Shown here piece by piece: positions 38,708 to 54,296 of a stretch of DNA of 64,000 bases. Under the pieces are notes generated by a model, which was given only the letters and a program-made list of their open reading frames with translations, had not been told where the DNA came from and ran no database searches. Where the stretch lies: contig CBFFRP010000532.1 of NCBI GenBank assembly GCA_965644295.1, forward strand, positions 1-64,000, given 5' to 3'. Made by a program: the position numbers and the translations under genes. The stretch is from Paraphysomonas bandaiensis. Lineage: Eukaryota > Protista > Chrysophyceae. Within the stretch, counting starts at the first letter, position 1, and the number at the start of each line of letters is the position of its first letter.

Positions 38708-39734
38708 CGATCTTACATCGTCGCTATCTTGTATGATCAATATATTATATTCAGTTTCATTACTACAGTAGCTACCATGTTATTAGTTCTCATAATACTG
38801 TTAACCACTACTGTAGGCTTCGACTAACGGTCATAATTCCAATACTGTACCTTAGAATTACAGCTTTTAATTGCCCAAAGAGCAAAACTCAACATCCAAT
38901 ATCTACTTTCCTAATTGCGCACTCCGCACTCGGTCAGCATATATGTGTCTTGATTGCCCACACGCCTCCATCTCAGATACGAGAGTCCGCCTTCAGAGAC
39001 ACAAGTAGTGTTTGCGGAAACTCCTAATTGACCCAACCCTCCCACCTTGGAGTTCTGTCATTCTCAAGAAACTTTCCAGCAGAGCCTGGAGTACCTTACT
39101 TCCGCAGGTTGAACGATTCTGGACAGGAACTATCACCGAGGCTCCAATGGAGAGCGTTTTAGAACACAATACAATTTCACTCTCAATTCGCGTAGACTGC
39201 GTGCCATTGCTTCACTCACCCTGCTTCAACCGCTTTACGCTGCAGCCAAATAAATGCTCCAAGATCGTAGTCGAAATAAACATTATGATGCAAACGTGGG
39301 TATTTTACGATATTTTGGGAAATTTAGGAGTATTTACAGTATTTAAGTAGAAATGTTAAAGAAACTATTCTATTCGAATAGGGTTAGAGACAACAAAAAA
39401 TATTAATTTTATTATAATTTTAAGTCTCATAGGATGTAACAGAAGCGCGTTTTAGCTTACCAGCAACCACGTTATCTGCCCTCATACTATCAATGTTCAC
39501 TGTCAACCCATTGATCATCATGATGAGCGAAGTAAGTGTAGTTGCCAGCAGTCATTGCCTACTCGTATCTACATTGTTTCTAGCCACTTGTGATTTAAAT
39601 ATACAACTTAGGTACGATCATCAATATATTACATCATAATATAACTTTCCTTTCACTGTATGAACAACACACACTAAGTCCATGGATATTTATCACTTTC
39701 TCACTCACATTGAACTGTAGTTCACTCCATTGCC

Positions 39735-40020
39735 ATCACACAAATAATACATGTGATACACTATTGTCTCTCAGTACAACATGAGCCTCTTGCATGCACT
39801 CGGCTCAACGAGAGAATACACGTGTAGCATAACAGTATACAACATACAACATACCCATCACACAACCAATACACGTCAAACACTATCTCTCGGTGCACCC
39901 TGCCTGAGCATACTATATTCACTAGCTAACACACGTAGCAGCAATATGACTGTACAACATACAGACACTGTGCAACCAATACACGTGATACACTGTTGTC
40001 TCTCAGTACAATATGTCATG
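39735..40020. repeat. Degenerate ~110-122 bp tandem repeat (~3 units)
   Basis: Variants of AATACAYGTGATACACT..TCTCTC.GT.CA recur at 39746, 39868 and 39978. Confidence 0.55.
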
Positions 40021-40247
40021 CTGCCTAGTCTAAAGGGCCGCATCGATTCCCTCCTACACCGCGTCAGTGATGTAGACACACACGAAGCTTCAATATTCTG
40101 CTTGAAGCTCCCGTAACAATGGTCACGATATATCACAAAAGTACAATCACGAGTATATTCGTCACAGCTTATGCTCATTACTTTACTATAAGGCAGTATG
40201 CCGGTTATTTAATCAAAACTATGTCCATCTTACGACAACTATTCAAC

Positions 40248-43200
40248 CTACATGAACATCTTAGACATGACATCCATATGGACTCCTTTTAATTTTGCTA
40301 CTTCTGCATCACCAGCATCCATCAAATCTTTCTGGCATATTTTCAATGCGGCCGAGTGTTCTTTCTTACCACATCGCTCTCCAGTCTTTCCTCCGGTTTT
40401 ATCTGCTATTTTCTCATTGTCACTGGCGGTTTGAATCCTTGAAACGACATGGCCGCAAGCTCGTGCAATGGCATTCGATATTCCGCCAGGTCCCAACTCA
40501 AATCTCCGACCCAGATCCACATAGTCTACATCATTGGCCAGAGGAGCATGAACAGGAGTCAGCTCACGCCATAACGTGGCGCGAATATCGTGAGAAGGAA
40601 CAGTAAAGCGGAGAAAACTGTACAGCCTCGCAGAAAATTCCTTATGAAGAATAAGATTTTGGGGGCTATCGACATGGCATATCAAAACAATGAGACCAGG
40701 AAATATAGAAAACAGCTCCAGCAAACGGGAGAGAATGAGGTGAATTTTCATGCTACTGTCTCCACCATTGGCTTGACCATCATCGAGAACGTGTTCGAAT
40801 CCGTCTATTCCAACAACTGAGTCAGAAATGCGCGCGTCTTGAAGAAGATTCTCAATCGCCTCCACTGAGTCATGCATATCTCCACCCTGCCTGCCTCCGC
40901 CTGCGCCGCTCAGAAGATCCGTTACGTGCACAATCTGCACAGATCGCTGCAAGTCATACGCCAGTGCTTGCACAAGTGTGCGTTTACCCGACCCAGCCGG
41001 GCCAGCAAACGCGCAAACTGTAGCACGGCGCGTATCCACCCACGCATCTACCTCCCCTCCTAAATCCTCTAGACCTGTACTTTTCGTCTCAATGCAACCA
41101 GGAAGTAGCACAGGGGTGGGAGAAGTCTTCGCTCCTTCTATGGCACGACGGGAATTATCTCCGATACCACCCCATGCACCATGCACCAGGGTTCTAGCTT
41201 TCTCCATACCGATGATATTCTTAGATGCATTCATAATTTCTTTCGATAGAGCAAGCGTGGAAACTGCGCGTTTTGGAATAGTCTGTGAAACGCATGGAAC
41301 ACAAGTTAGAAATGCAGTACATATATAACTCATAATACACCGGGGGAAATAGACACTAGTATTATATATACGCTTTATCATAGTTTAACACCTTGGTATC
41401 CATATGTCGCAGGCTCATCGAACCCCTCATCTGAAGCTTACATCCTTCTACGAGGTCAGCATGTGTTATAACCACTCCAGATTCGCGCCCACTGCTACTG
41501 GAAGGAGTCAAACACTCGCTCTTTCGCCTATGCAATGCTGACAGCAGTGCCGACAATAGTGCGTTCTTAATAAATCCTCCCGTGAGCTCATACTGAATTG
41601 ATAAAGCTGGAAGATCCACGTCAGAAGCCGCCGCAAGTTTAGCAGGACCTGAGGAACGGGGTGCAATAATAGTTTGATCATTCTCCGAATCCGGCTTCTG
41701 GACATCGAGGAGGCTTTCCCATATCCGCAGCCTCATGTTGTAATCTGGGGCGGCAAAATGGACAACAGAAGTAATCCGACGGTGCATGGCGGCATCAAGA
41801 TCATGAGGGCGGTTGGTTGCAAGAAAAACAATCCCCTCATGGCGCTCTATTTCGGTAAGAAGCGCGTTCAACAGTCGTTCACCACCTTTATCTCGAGACC
41901 TGTAATAAAATTTAAGACGTATCCACTAAAACAACGTTGCCCATGGTGTAGTATATGAATATGTGCTTGCAAAAAACAGTAGCAATAGTACAGAACTGTC
42001 TAACACAACACAAACGTCACCAGTACGCAGGCTTATTGCTGCATGTATATACCTGAACACAGCTTCACATTCATCGAAGAACAAAACAGCATTGCTCATG
42101 TGGGCTTCTCGGAAGAGACCCCTGAGATCCGCATCCAGCTCCCCTGCACCTTCTCTTCGACCACTCAATCCACCGAAATCGACTAGTAAGACCTTCTTTC
42201 CGAGGTCATGCGCAATTGCATTTACTGTCATTGTCTTGCCTGTACCAGACTTTCCTATGTACAATAATTAGGCATGCTTCGTTTAAAATACGATACGTTT
42301 GTTATAAATCATGTAAAATGCACACTACAGTGATTCATTCAGAGTCATGAATGAGAGTGCTCATACCGCACAGCAAAATGACAAGACTATTGCCGTAGCA
42401 CATTACGTCCTCCAGCCCCATGTTTTTGCGATATTTCCTAAACTCATCATAAGCCCTACACTGCTTTACAACCGGACCGATCTGTCCTTTAGGAAGCACC
42501 ACTTGCTGCAGAGAGACTTTGGGAGTGTACAGATCACTCCCCTCTACCAACTCATTTATTTCTGAGTCTAACCCAACAACCCAGTCTAACACACGACGAT
42601 CAAGGACCACACGCTGATCGGTGAGATCTCCTGTAACGCAACATTGCATAGAGTTAAGAAAGATCCACACACTACATTACTACAAAATACTTACGACATT
42701 TATAACATATTACAAATACTATTCAACATGTATCTGACCTGAACCCTGGTGCCACCGCGACTTCGAGAGACTAATGATTCCGTTCGACAAGAGACGACCT
42801 GACCGATAAAAGTACTTCCTATTGGCAATTTGTGTTCGGAAGTCCTGGCATAGAATAGCCAGAACCTGGCCAACAGTGGCAACATCTTCCATAGGGCGTC
42901 CTACAAATAATAAACAAACGCATAAACTCATGATTATGGTCGTAATACATTATACTACACGTTATACCCACGCACCTGATCCCTGCTCAAGTGCATCCAT
43001 GAGTGCTTTGACCACCGGTGACACAGTCTTTCCGATTAATAGTAGGATTAATTTCTTCTCAAAAGCATCTAAACTCAATCGCTGTGCAATTATTTCAAGT
43101 CTAGGGAGGGCATATCCCGACTCCGAATTTGAATCAAAGTATCGAGATGAATTACCACACTGTATGCGCTGCAGCACACTCTGCTCATCACCACTTTTCA

Positions 43201-44859
43201 CAGAGTCATTAGTAGTCGCTTCCGTCTCAGGGGCACTGTTGCTCTTCTCGACCAGAGCTTTGGTAGCCTCTATCCGCTTTTCCATTCTTTTCTCTAATAA
43301 CACGTACTTGGCCTGCAGCTCCCGTCGACCACCCTTCACATCTCCCATTTCCCACGTGTTCATTCGAGTACCCTCTTTTTTCATGTCGTCCTTTAGGCGA
43401 GCAGCGTTGGCTCTAACCATAACAGCAACCACTTGGAAGCCATCCTCGAGGTACTCGAGCTGATCGTGCGAAGAATAGGGCCCTACAAATATATTAAGCA
43501 TTTCGTGAGAAACATTCTCTACAACTTACCTAGATTAGTAGATAGGCCTTCCCTCGATGCCAAAGCAGACTCAAGCACGTCAGTAGAAACCGACCCGTCC
43601 ATGTCTTCGCCCAATCCAATGGACCCCGGAGAGAATGAATCACCAGAGGTGCCCTCCTTGTTCCCCAGACCAAGGATTACGTTTGCAGAGGCTGTTCCTC
43701 CACCAGAATTTCCTCCGGTGCCAGTTCGAGTGCGACGCTTCTTTGCTGACGGGGACAGTCCTGCACTGGATGGACTGCGAGGATGTTTCGACGAATCCAC
43801 AGTCCCATTCAGAGGTCGTTTACTCCCAGAAGTAAAGTTCGCCGATCCCTGCTCTTGCTCTAGAATGTCCTCCAGAGCAGTCTGAGAAACCTTTAGCAGC
43901 TCATCACTTGGTAGCTGGCGGCCGTATAATACTTTCACGCATGTACTAGAACATCTGTACACAATAGTTAACACTTGACAAAGTAAGTATACGTAATTAT
44001 ATACACCTTATGTTAAAGTGAATGCCATGATCTTCTTCAGATGTTACAAGACCCTCTTTCAAGTGTGCTCTCTCGGGATCACAAAAGGCATCAATATCTG
44101 CCTCAGATAGGTCTGCAAGGCGCTGGAAACAAATTATACGTTTGAAATAATCTTCCTCTATCAACGAGTTCACAACGTAGGGATTAGTTGAACCCTGTGT
44201 GATTGACGTGATCATGACAGTTTACTGACGTGCTCAATTTAGATACCTGGACCACGACCATGAGATGCATTAATGTAGTTTCTGCTGGCGTTAAGCGATA
44301 GGCCTCACATAGCTTTAAGATGCGTGGCATAAACGCGTTACTCTAACGACAACAACAATTAGTCTGCTGTGGTCGAATAGAATAGATACGATACCGAAGA
44401 GTTTGCTGGTTTCAGTCTCGTTGATATTACGTCAGCAACCATAGCAATCAAAGCATCGAGCTTATCCTACAAGAAAAAAGTGAAACTCCAGCATCTTGTT
44501 ACTGATTGCACCCACTTTGCGTTGTGCCAACTCTTTGCAATTCACATGCTTATGTTGTACGATAGATTCGGTATCTCCTTCCTTCATCACAGATCCTGAC
44601 AAAGTGAATGCCTGATATAGCTTATTAGCTGTAAGCTCTCGCACACTATTCACCAATTAGATCGATAAGTTCAACACGCTGATCATTACTTTTTTAACAA
44701 AAACTGCAGTTCAATTAGCTTCATATAGTCGGTGTTGCTGGTAAAGGGCTCCTGGGCATGCAGTACATGTCCATAGTCTTTCAAAAGCACCTCAGTGAAT
44801 ACTTCACTCGGGTCAGAGCACCCGGCCTCAGTGCTCAGCATCTTACTATCACTATTCAT
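40248..44859 (-). CDS. Tandem AAA+ ATPase of bacterial type (Afp15/Pvc15-like features), multi-exon
   Basis: D1: GKSGTGKT, AVLFFDECE, GIVFLATNRPHDLDAAMHRRI, ELTGGFIKNA. D2: GPAGSGKR, GIDGFE, LWRELTPVHAPLANDVDYVDLGRRFELGPGGISNA. N-terminal LPRLEIIAQRLSLDAFEKKLILLLIG. Confidence 0.85.
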
Positions 44860-45171
44860 GTCGTTATTCGATTCGAAGAAACTCTACCAGAGCATGGGGG
44901 TATATCCGGCTACTGTAGTGTAGAGGTGGAATAAGATTATAAAACAATTTGTTAATTTTTACTCACTCAAACACACTATGTATGTATGTTAATGCACTCC
45001 AACCACTACATCCATATTATCAGAACATTTTACTGGAGTGCTGCTGTACAGTGCGGAAAAGAAGCTAATATACCGCTGTATATGCATACTCCTGTGAGCG
45101 ACTGTGTATATCGCCGTATAGATTCAGCGACAGCAGTGTATCCAGTCAATCTACATGTAGTATACATACAG

Positions 45172-45545
45172 TACATACATACATACATACATACATACAT
45201 ACATACATACATACATACATACATACATACATACATACATACATACATACATACATACATACATACATACATACATACATACATACATACATACATACAT
45301 ACATACATACATGCATACATACATACATACATACATACATACATACATACATACATACATACATACATACATACATACATACATACATACATACATACAT
45401 ACATACATACATACATACATACATACATACATACATACATACATACATACATACATACATACATACATACATACATACATACATACATACATACATACAT
45501 ACATACATACATACATACATACATACGTACATACATACATACATA
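45172..45545. repeat. (TACA)n microsatellite, ~370 bp
   Basis: TACA array with two single-base interruptions. Confidence 0.99.
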
Positions 45546-45667
45546 TACAGTGCTCCTGTGCTATAGGTCGTCGCAGTGTGGTTGGGCTCAAGGCCAAACA
45601 ACAATCGCATTTGCCAGTGTGACATTTAGCACTGCATACATAGTAGTTATACTTCAGGATGCAGTTT

Positions 45668-46165
45668 ATGGCAGCTTTTCGTAGGTCTTTGGGGTTGGTG
45701 AAGGCTTTTAGTGGAGCGCGTATGCCATTTCCCAGTGTGACGAGGTCAATATTTACAACACCAAACCCCAGTATATTCTCGTCCCGTTCTGTGTTTCGTC
45801 CGCAACTGAATGTTGGCGAAGCGAACTCGACGTTTTATTCTTTGATGTACATGCAAGTGCGTGGATTCAAAAATCCGAAATCGAAGATGAAAACCAGAAA
45901 GTGCGCAAAGAAGAGATTTATTCCAACTGGAACTGGTAAACTGAAGAGAAACCACGCTGGAAAAGTAAAATTCTGTCACTTGTGTTTTCCTTTCTAATAT
46001 ATGCTTGCAGTGCCACTTAACTGGACACATGTCACGTAAGAGAAAGATGCGCTTAAATTCAAAGGTATGCATTATGAGAGGAATTATGTCGTCGATTAAA
46101 CTAGTCTGCTGCAGGTGTTTTTGAGCGGTACGAATTTGAAGAGGATGAAAAAGCTAATCACTTAG
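45668..46165 (+). CDS. MRPL35: Mitochondrial ribosomal protein bL35 (3 exons)
   Basis: Transit peptide ending QVRGF, then KMKTRKCAKKRFIPTGTGKLKRNHAGK|CHLTGHMSRKRKMRL|...KRMKKLIT. Confidence 0.9.
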
Positions 46166-47033
46166 GCATTTTCTATGAAGTAAATAAAGTTATTTATGCT
46201 TGACTGTGTCGTTTTTTTCCTGGTTGACCAATTCTGACCTTATCAGTGCAATCAGCTTTCACCTTCTCACCTTGTTAGAAGGGTAGTATAGATACGTAGC
46301 CCTATTAGTAGTGACTTAAACAGATCACATCCAGTCAACGGTAATAAAGAAGTTTTCGTTTTATGGCTGTAGAGAATGGCTTACCAATTTATTATTGAAG
46401 TTTAAAGTGTTTTTTACCTGAATTGGGTTCAACAGAGCGGTCATAATAGCACTGGACAAATATAAACTTTCAACTTCAATATTCGGCTCGAACAGAAACT
46501 ATTTTCTACTTTAGTTATGCTAGCAATGGTCATTAGAATAGGATATCAATATATTACGCATTTTTAGGGAAACCACAAAGATGACTCCTCTTTCAAAGAA
46601 GGTGGTCATCAAACATTCCAAGTTTTATTCCATCCTTCGTCTGATGTAATATACAATAGTGATCAGTACAAGTTCTATCTTCACAGTCAGGACTTCTCAA
46701 CAACTTCATGAATATTACTGGAGAGTTCAAATGACACATATAATGCTCAAGATGATTTGGAGCAGTGGCACTCAACCCTTTTAGTGTTAGAGTCTTGTCT
46801 TGCTTGTAAGGATTATGTGCATCACATCATACACACGGCATTCGAGTCAGTTGCACTGACAGGGGTTATAAGCGTGATGTACATAAATGTGTGATAATGC
46901 CAACGACGCCAAGAATCCTCGTGTAACTACAATTTTTTACATTCATCATCACACGTGCAACTACAATACCTCGCAGTTGCTATTCCCTCGGCATCCTTAT
47001 GTGGTAGGAATACATTTGTTGTAGCTATTATAG

Positions 47034-47121
47034 CCCTGAACAAAGTCGGACTCGCACCTTTTCGTGGTGTTCTGGGGGATAAGTACCGGAGAGATTTTCT
47101 CTGGGAAACTAACGTGAGCCG
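47034..47121 (+). ncRNA. HDV-like self-cleaving ribozyme (predicted; best P1 of the copies)
   Basis: P1 CCCTGAAC/GTTCTGGG (7/8); P2 CGG-a-CTCGC/GTGAG-CCG; P3 ACC/GGT; L3 TTTTCGT; P4 CCGGAGA...TCTCTGG; J4/2 CTAA. Confidence 0.72.
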
Positions 47122-47544
47122 CAAACATAGTGAGCAGATATTCTTCTGCCCACTCATAGCCGAATGCTTGTGTGGTACAAGGGACACCAATAACTGTCAC
47201 TTGTGTAGACGTCTTTGAGCCCTGACGAATAAACAGGCATCCGGGAATGGGCCCACCTCAAGGGCATCCAGGACAGGGCCCACCTGAAGGGTAACCGGGG
47301 TATTGGGCTGCCTGCTGAAGTCAAGCATCTGGGATGTTCACCTTAAGAACTCAGAGCGGAAATGGTCGCACCTTGGTGCTTGCGGCGACGCACAAGCAGC
47401 TTCCGTAGCGTTAAATAGTAGGATAAAAAACGTGTGTACTGATTAGTTACAGGTAGAGGTCTAACTAGTTTGTCTAGCATTCATCTAACTACTAAGTTGG
47501 TGCAGGTGTTTAACGCCTATTGCTAATAATAAGACTTTCAATAA
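47034..47544 (+). mobile_element. Ribozyme-headed non-autonomous retroelement, short form, copy 2
   Basis: Exact 12-bp TSD TAGCTATTATAG (47022-47033 / 47545-47556). Starts CCCTGAACAAAGTCGG and ends AAGACTTTCAATAA. Confidence 0.94.
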
Positions 47545-48289
47545 TAGCTATTATAGAATCTTCGTGATTTATTGTTTTGAGTGAGTATAGTACAATAGCT
47601 ATTCTATGATCTTATGTATAGTATATAGTATATAGTATATAGTATGTAGGTATTATTGATTTAAAACTGCACCTTGATTTTTCATTTGTTTTTTATTATA
47701 TAAGATTGCAGATAGTTGAGTGCCTAAATTTTCCCGGTGCTAATATATATAGGAGTTCTGTTGAACCGATTTCAGGTCAAAACCACTTTTTATGATAAAA
47801 TGAGAATAAGTACATAAGAAGGAAGCAACGTAATGATTGCAGTCATGTAAAGTATTTCCGAGTTGTGTCATGATAAACACTACATAGTACCACCAACAAC
47901 TTCAGACTTTAAAGACTGCCACAGTTTAGGTTATATATAACTGTACAATGTATATAGTACATGATTGTAGATATTAAGGATTTAGTTTTGAATAAAAACT
48001 CTCGCCCTGAAGTGCGTGATATTCAATCTATGGAGGTATGCAAGTTCCTATATATTAAGTCCTAGGACAACGATATCCTTACGTATATCCGGATTAAAGA
48101 CGAATACGAACAGTTTTGAGAATAGTTAGGAATGAAATTCTTATTATTAGCAAAAAGTCGAGGTAATACCAAAACCTGGTAAAGCAATTTCACCAGGTTT
48201 CACATCTAAGTATTGAGTTATTATTCTACTCTAATTTGTATCTGAGAGGTTAAAGATAAAGAAAAAGAAAAAGTTGTAATTATAGTTGT

Positions 48290-48676
48290 TATTAGCAATA
48301 TTTATTTTAAATAGGAGTGAATAGACAATGCTTAACTCTGATATCCTACTATTTAGCGCTACGAAAGCCGCTTGTGCATCACCGCAAGCACCAAGGTGCA
48401 ACCACTTTGGCCCTATCACACAAAAAGCAAACGCAGTGAGCAAGCAGTATGTTGATATAACTGATATCTAGCTAAAGTCAGGATAACCTAACCCTTAAAG
48501 TGGGCCCATTTCCGGATGCCTATTTATTCGTCAAGGGCAAAAGATGTTTACGCAAGTGATACTAATTAGCGTCCCTTGTAACACACAAGCAATGACTATG
48601 AGTGGGCTCACGTTAGTTTCCAGGAGAAATATCTCCGGTACTTAATCCCCAAGAACACCACGAAACGGTGAAAGTC
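48290..48676 (-). mobile_element. Older diverged copy of the same retroelement (intermediate deletion form)
   Basis: Minus strand CACCGTTTCGTGGTGTTCTTGGGG..AGTACCGGAGA..GGAAACTAACGTGAGCC, a long-form internal block, then GCACCTTGGTGCTTGCGG..AATAGTAGGATA..TATTGCTAATAA. Confidence 0.8.
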
Positions 48677-48959
48677 ATAATACTTTGGCTTACACCAAAT
48701 ATAATTTCTATTTCAGAATAATCTAACTATTACTGCTGATGTCCGTATTACTAGATAACAAACCTAGCCAGGTAAACCTTAACAGCAAGTAATACTCTGA
48801 AGATCACACAACCGTATTATCATAACTCCTAAAAGTATGTAATTTACATCCTCAAGGAGTTGATCAAAACAAATCACCCAGAATATCACCTATCACGTGT
48901 ACAACGGCTACCGGCTACGTGCCCGCTATATTATCTTTGGAAGTAATTCTATCTTACGT

Positions 48960-52465
<3,506 letters not shown>

Positions 52466-53099
52466 GTACCAGTGTACTTCTAGACTTCCTTCACAAGTAC
52501 ACAACGCAATAGCAGACTACAAACTACGTACACTGCTGCAGAGCACAGAGTGTTTTTTTGTCCACCTCCCTGCAATGGATCTCTGGATTCTATAGAGTGA
52601 TGTCCAGTGATAGCATTCATACCGTTGTGCGTCGTATCTAGCGGTTTATCTTAAGATTACTTGCCGTGGGCTCGTGTTTCTGGCAGGGAAAACTTCTTGT
52701 TCCACAAAACGATGTTCAGCCCGCTGGCATGCACTTTTAGGTTGTTGTTTCCTATTCTGATAAGCTGCATTTTTCATTGCAGTTGATTGGTTTAATTTAT
52801 TAAAAGAATCCAGCTGTTGGAGGTACTATTGGGTGGTTTTTTACTCTTTCTCAAAGAATGCTGAATACGTAAAGATTGTCAATAATAGACCAGTTTCCTC
52901 TGTGTATACCTCATTGAGAGTCAGGCTGAGGAGATGCTTAGGCATTCTGTTACGAGAATTTGTCCGACTGCCTGCCTAAATTACTTACGTTGCAACGATA
53001 CAAGTATTAAAATTATTATAGCGATAAAGTACAGTCTTACACTCCTTGATATGATTTATAGGATATGTTGTTGTGTCTGTCATCAAGCCTTACAAGTAA

Positions 53100-53437
53100 G
53101 AAGGTCTTCGGCATATACCTCGACTATATGTGGCAGACCTCCTGAGTACTTCGATGTGGTGTTCAGAGCAGTAGGTAGTCTGGAGGGTGGAGGGGAGAGT
53201 AGAGTATTTCAAGCACCGGGTCCTCCCGCGGTTATGAAGCAGTCTCGCAGATACTATTTGGCGCTCTGATGCATGAAGCAGACTTCTACCAAAATCTGCA
53301 ACTAGTACAAGCCGACTGTAACGTCTTTTATCTGATGTGTGCACTCGTCCAGCACACGCCTTCACCCGGAGCTCTTCTCCGGAGTGATTTACGCTAGTAG
53401 GGCACTGCATGCTTTCTCAACTCGGATGGAAACCCAC
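53100..53437 (-). mobile_element. Internal fragment of the long-form retroelement (diverged)
   Basis: Colinear similarity to 37735-38065 (GTCTTCGGCATA; GGTAGTCTGGA; CCGGGTCCTCCC; TCTACCAAAATCTG; TGTGTGCACTCG; CTCGGATG). Confidence 0.78.
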
Positions 53438-54296
53438 GAACTTACAGTGCCTGCATCAGCAATAAGACTGAGTGTCAGGGTATGCACGGGGGAATACAAG
53501 AATTTGATATACCTAGAGAAAAGGTAAATTTGATGAAGAAAAAGATGAGGAGAAGGAAGACGAGGCCATTCGTTAACTTAGAGAAGCACGCATCAAACAT
53601 CCAACACGATATTGTTGTATGAAGCAATTGTACAGCACTACCAATGTTTGTGAGAGGTTGTTTAGCAGGAGAACCAAGATTGTTTTGACTAATTTTCGCA
53701 AGCGAATGACACCTAGACATTCTGCGTGAAATTCGGCATCTTCGGGATGAGACTTAGTTCAGAAAGTTATTCTAAAAACTAGCCATAGAATTGAAGGCCA
53801 TTAATTGGAAATAATTGGATGCTTTATTAATAATTACAATTATTATTGTTGGACATCTGTCACCAATTAATTGTTGCGCAAGTCTGGTAGTGATGCAAAT
53901 CAATGCAGCAAGTTGAAAAGAGTACATATTCACTCGAGCCAGATACATGTTAACTCGGGCCAGACAGAAGAGTTCGACTATGAGCTACGAGAATATTCAT
54001 CTACCGACTATACACCACATGGTATATAGTTGTGTAAAGAATATTAAATGCGCTATTCAACTTAAACCGTCCTGTCTATTCAGCTCTCTACTCCTTTTAT
54101 CCGATGACGCTTGAGGTACAATATCATACAATTTTCAACGCTGTTCAACAATGGAAAACATATACATATAATGACCATCAGAAATGATATTCTGTTGTAT
54201 TTACAATAACGGCTAAACCATTTCAAAACTATTTCTTCTGTTGACAATGCCCTGACCATTTTATTCGTACAAATCTCACATATTATGTGGTACATA

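Larger units (their letters stand above)
46404..47789. mobile_element. Degenerate TIR DNA-transposon relic hosting retroelement copy 2
   Basis: ~55-bp imperfect inverted repeats AAAGTGTTTTTTACCTGAATTGGGTTCAACAGA...TAGCACTGG and revcomp AAAGTGGTTTTGACCTGAAATCGGTTCAACAGA...TAGCACCGG. TSD unclear. Confidence 0.6.

Noticed and set aside
38900-39350. GC-richer intergenic stretch with a 112-aa ORF (similar stretches at 17400-18010 and 24960-25160)
   Set aside because: No recognisable motif, splice model or repeat boundaries; possibly old TE debris.
46593-46775. HYCILHQ motif suggesting a hAT transposase
   Set aside because: Single short motif with no supporting context; the superfamily of the surrounding TIR relic is left unassigned.
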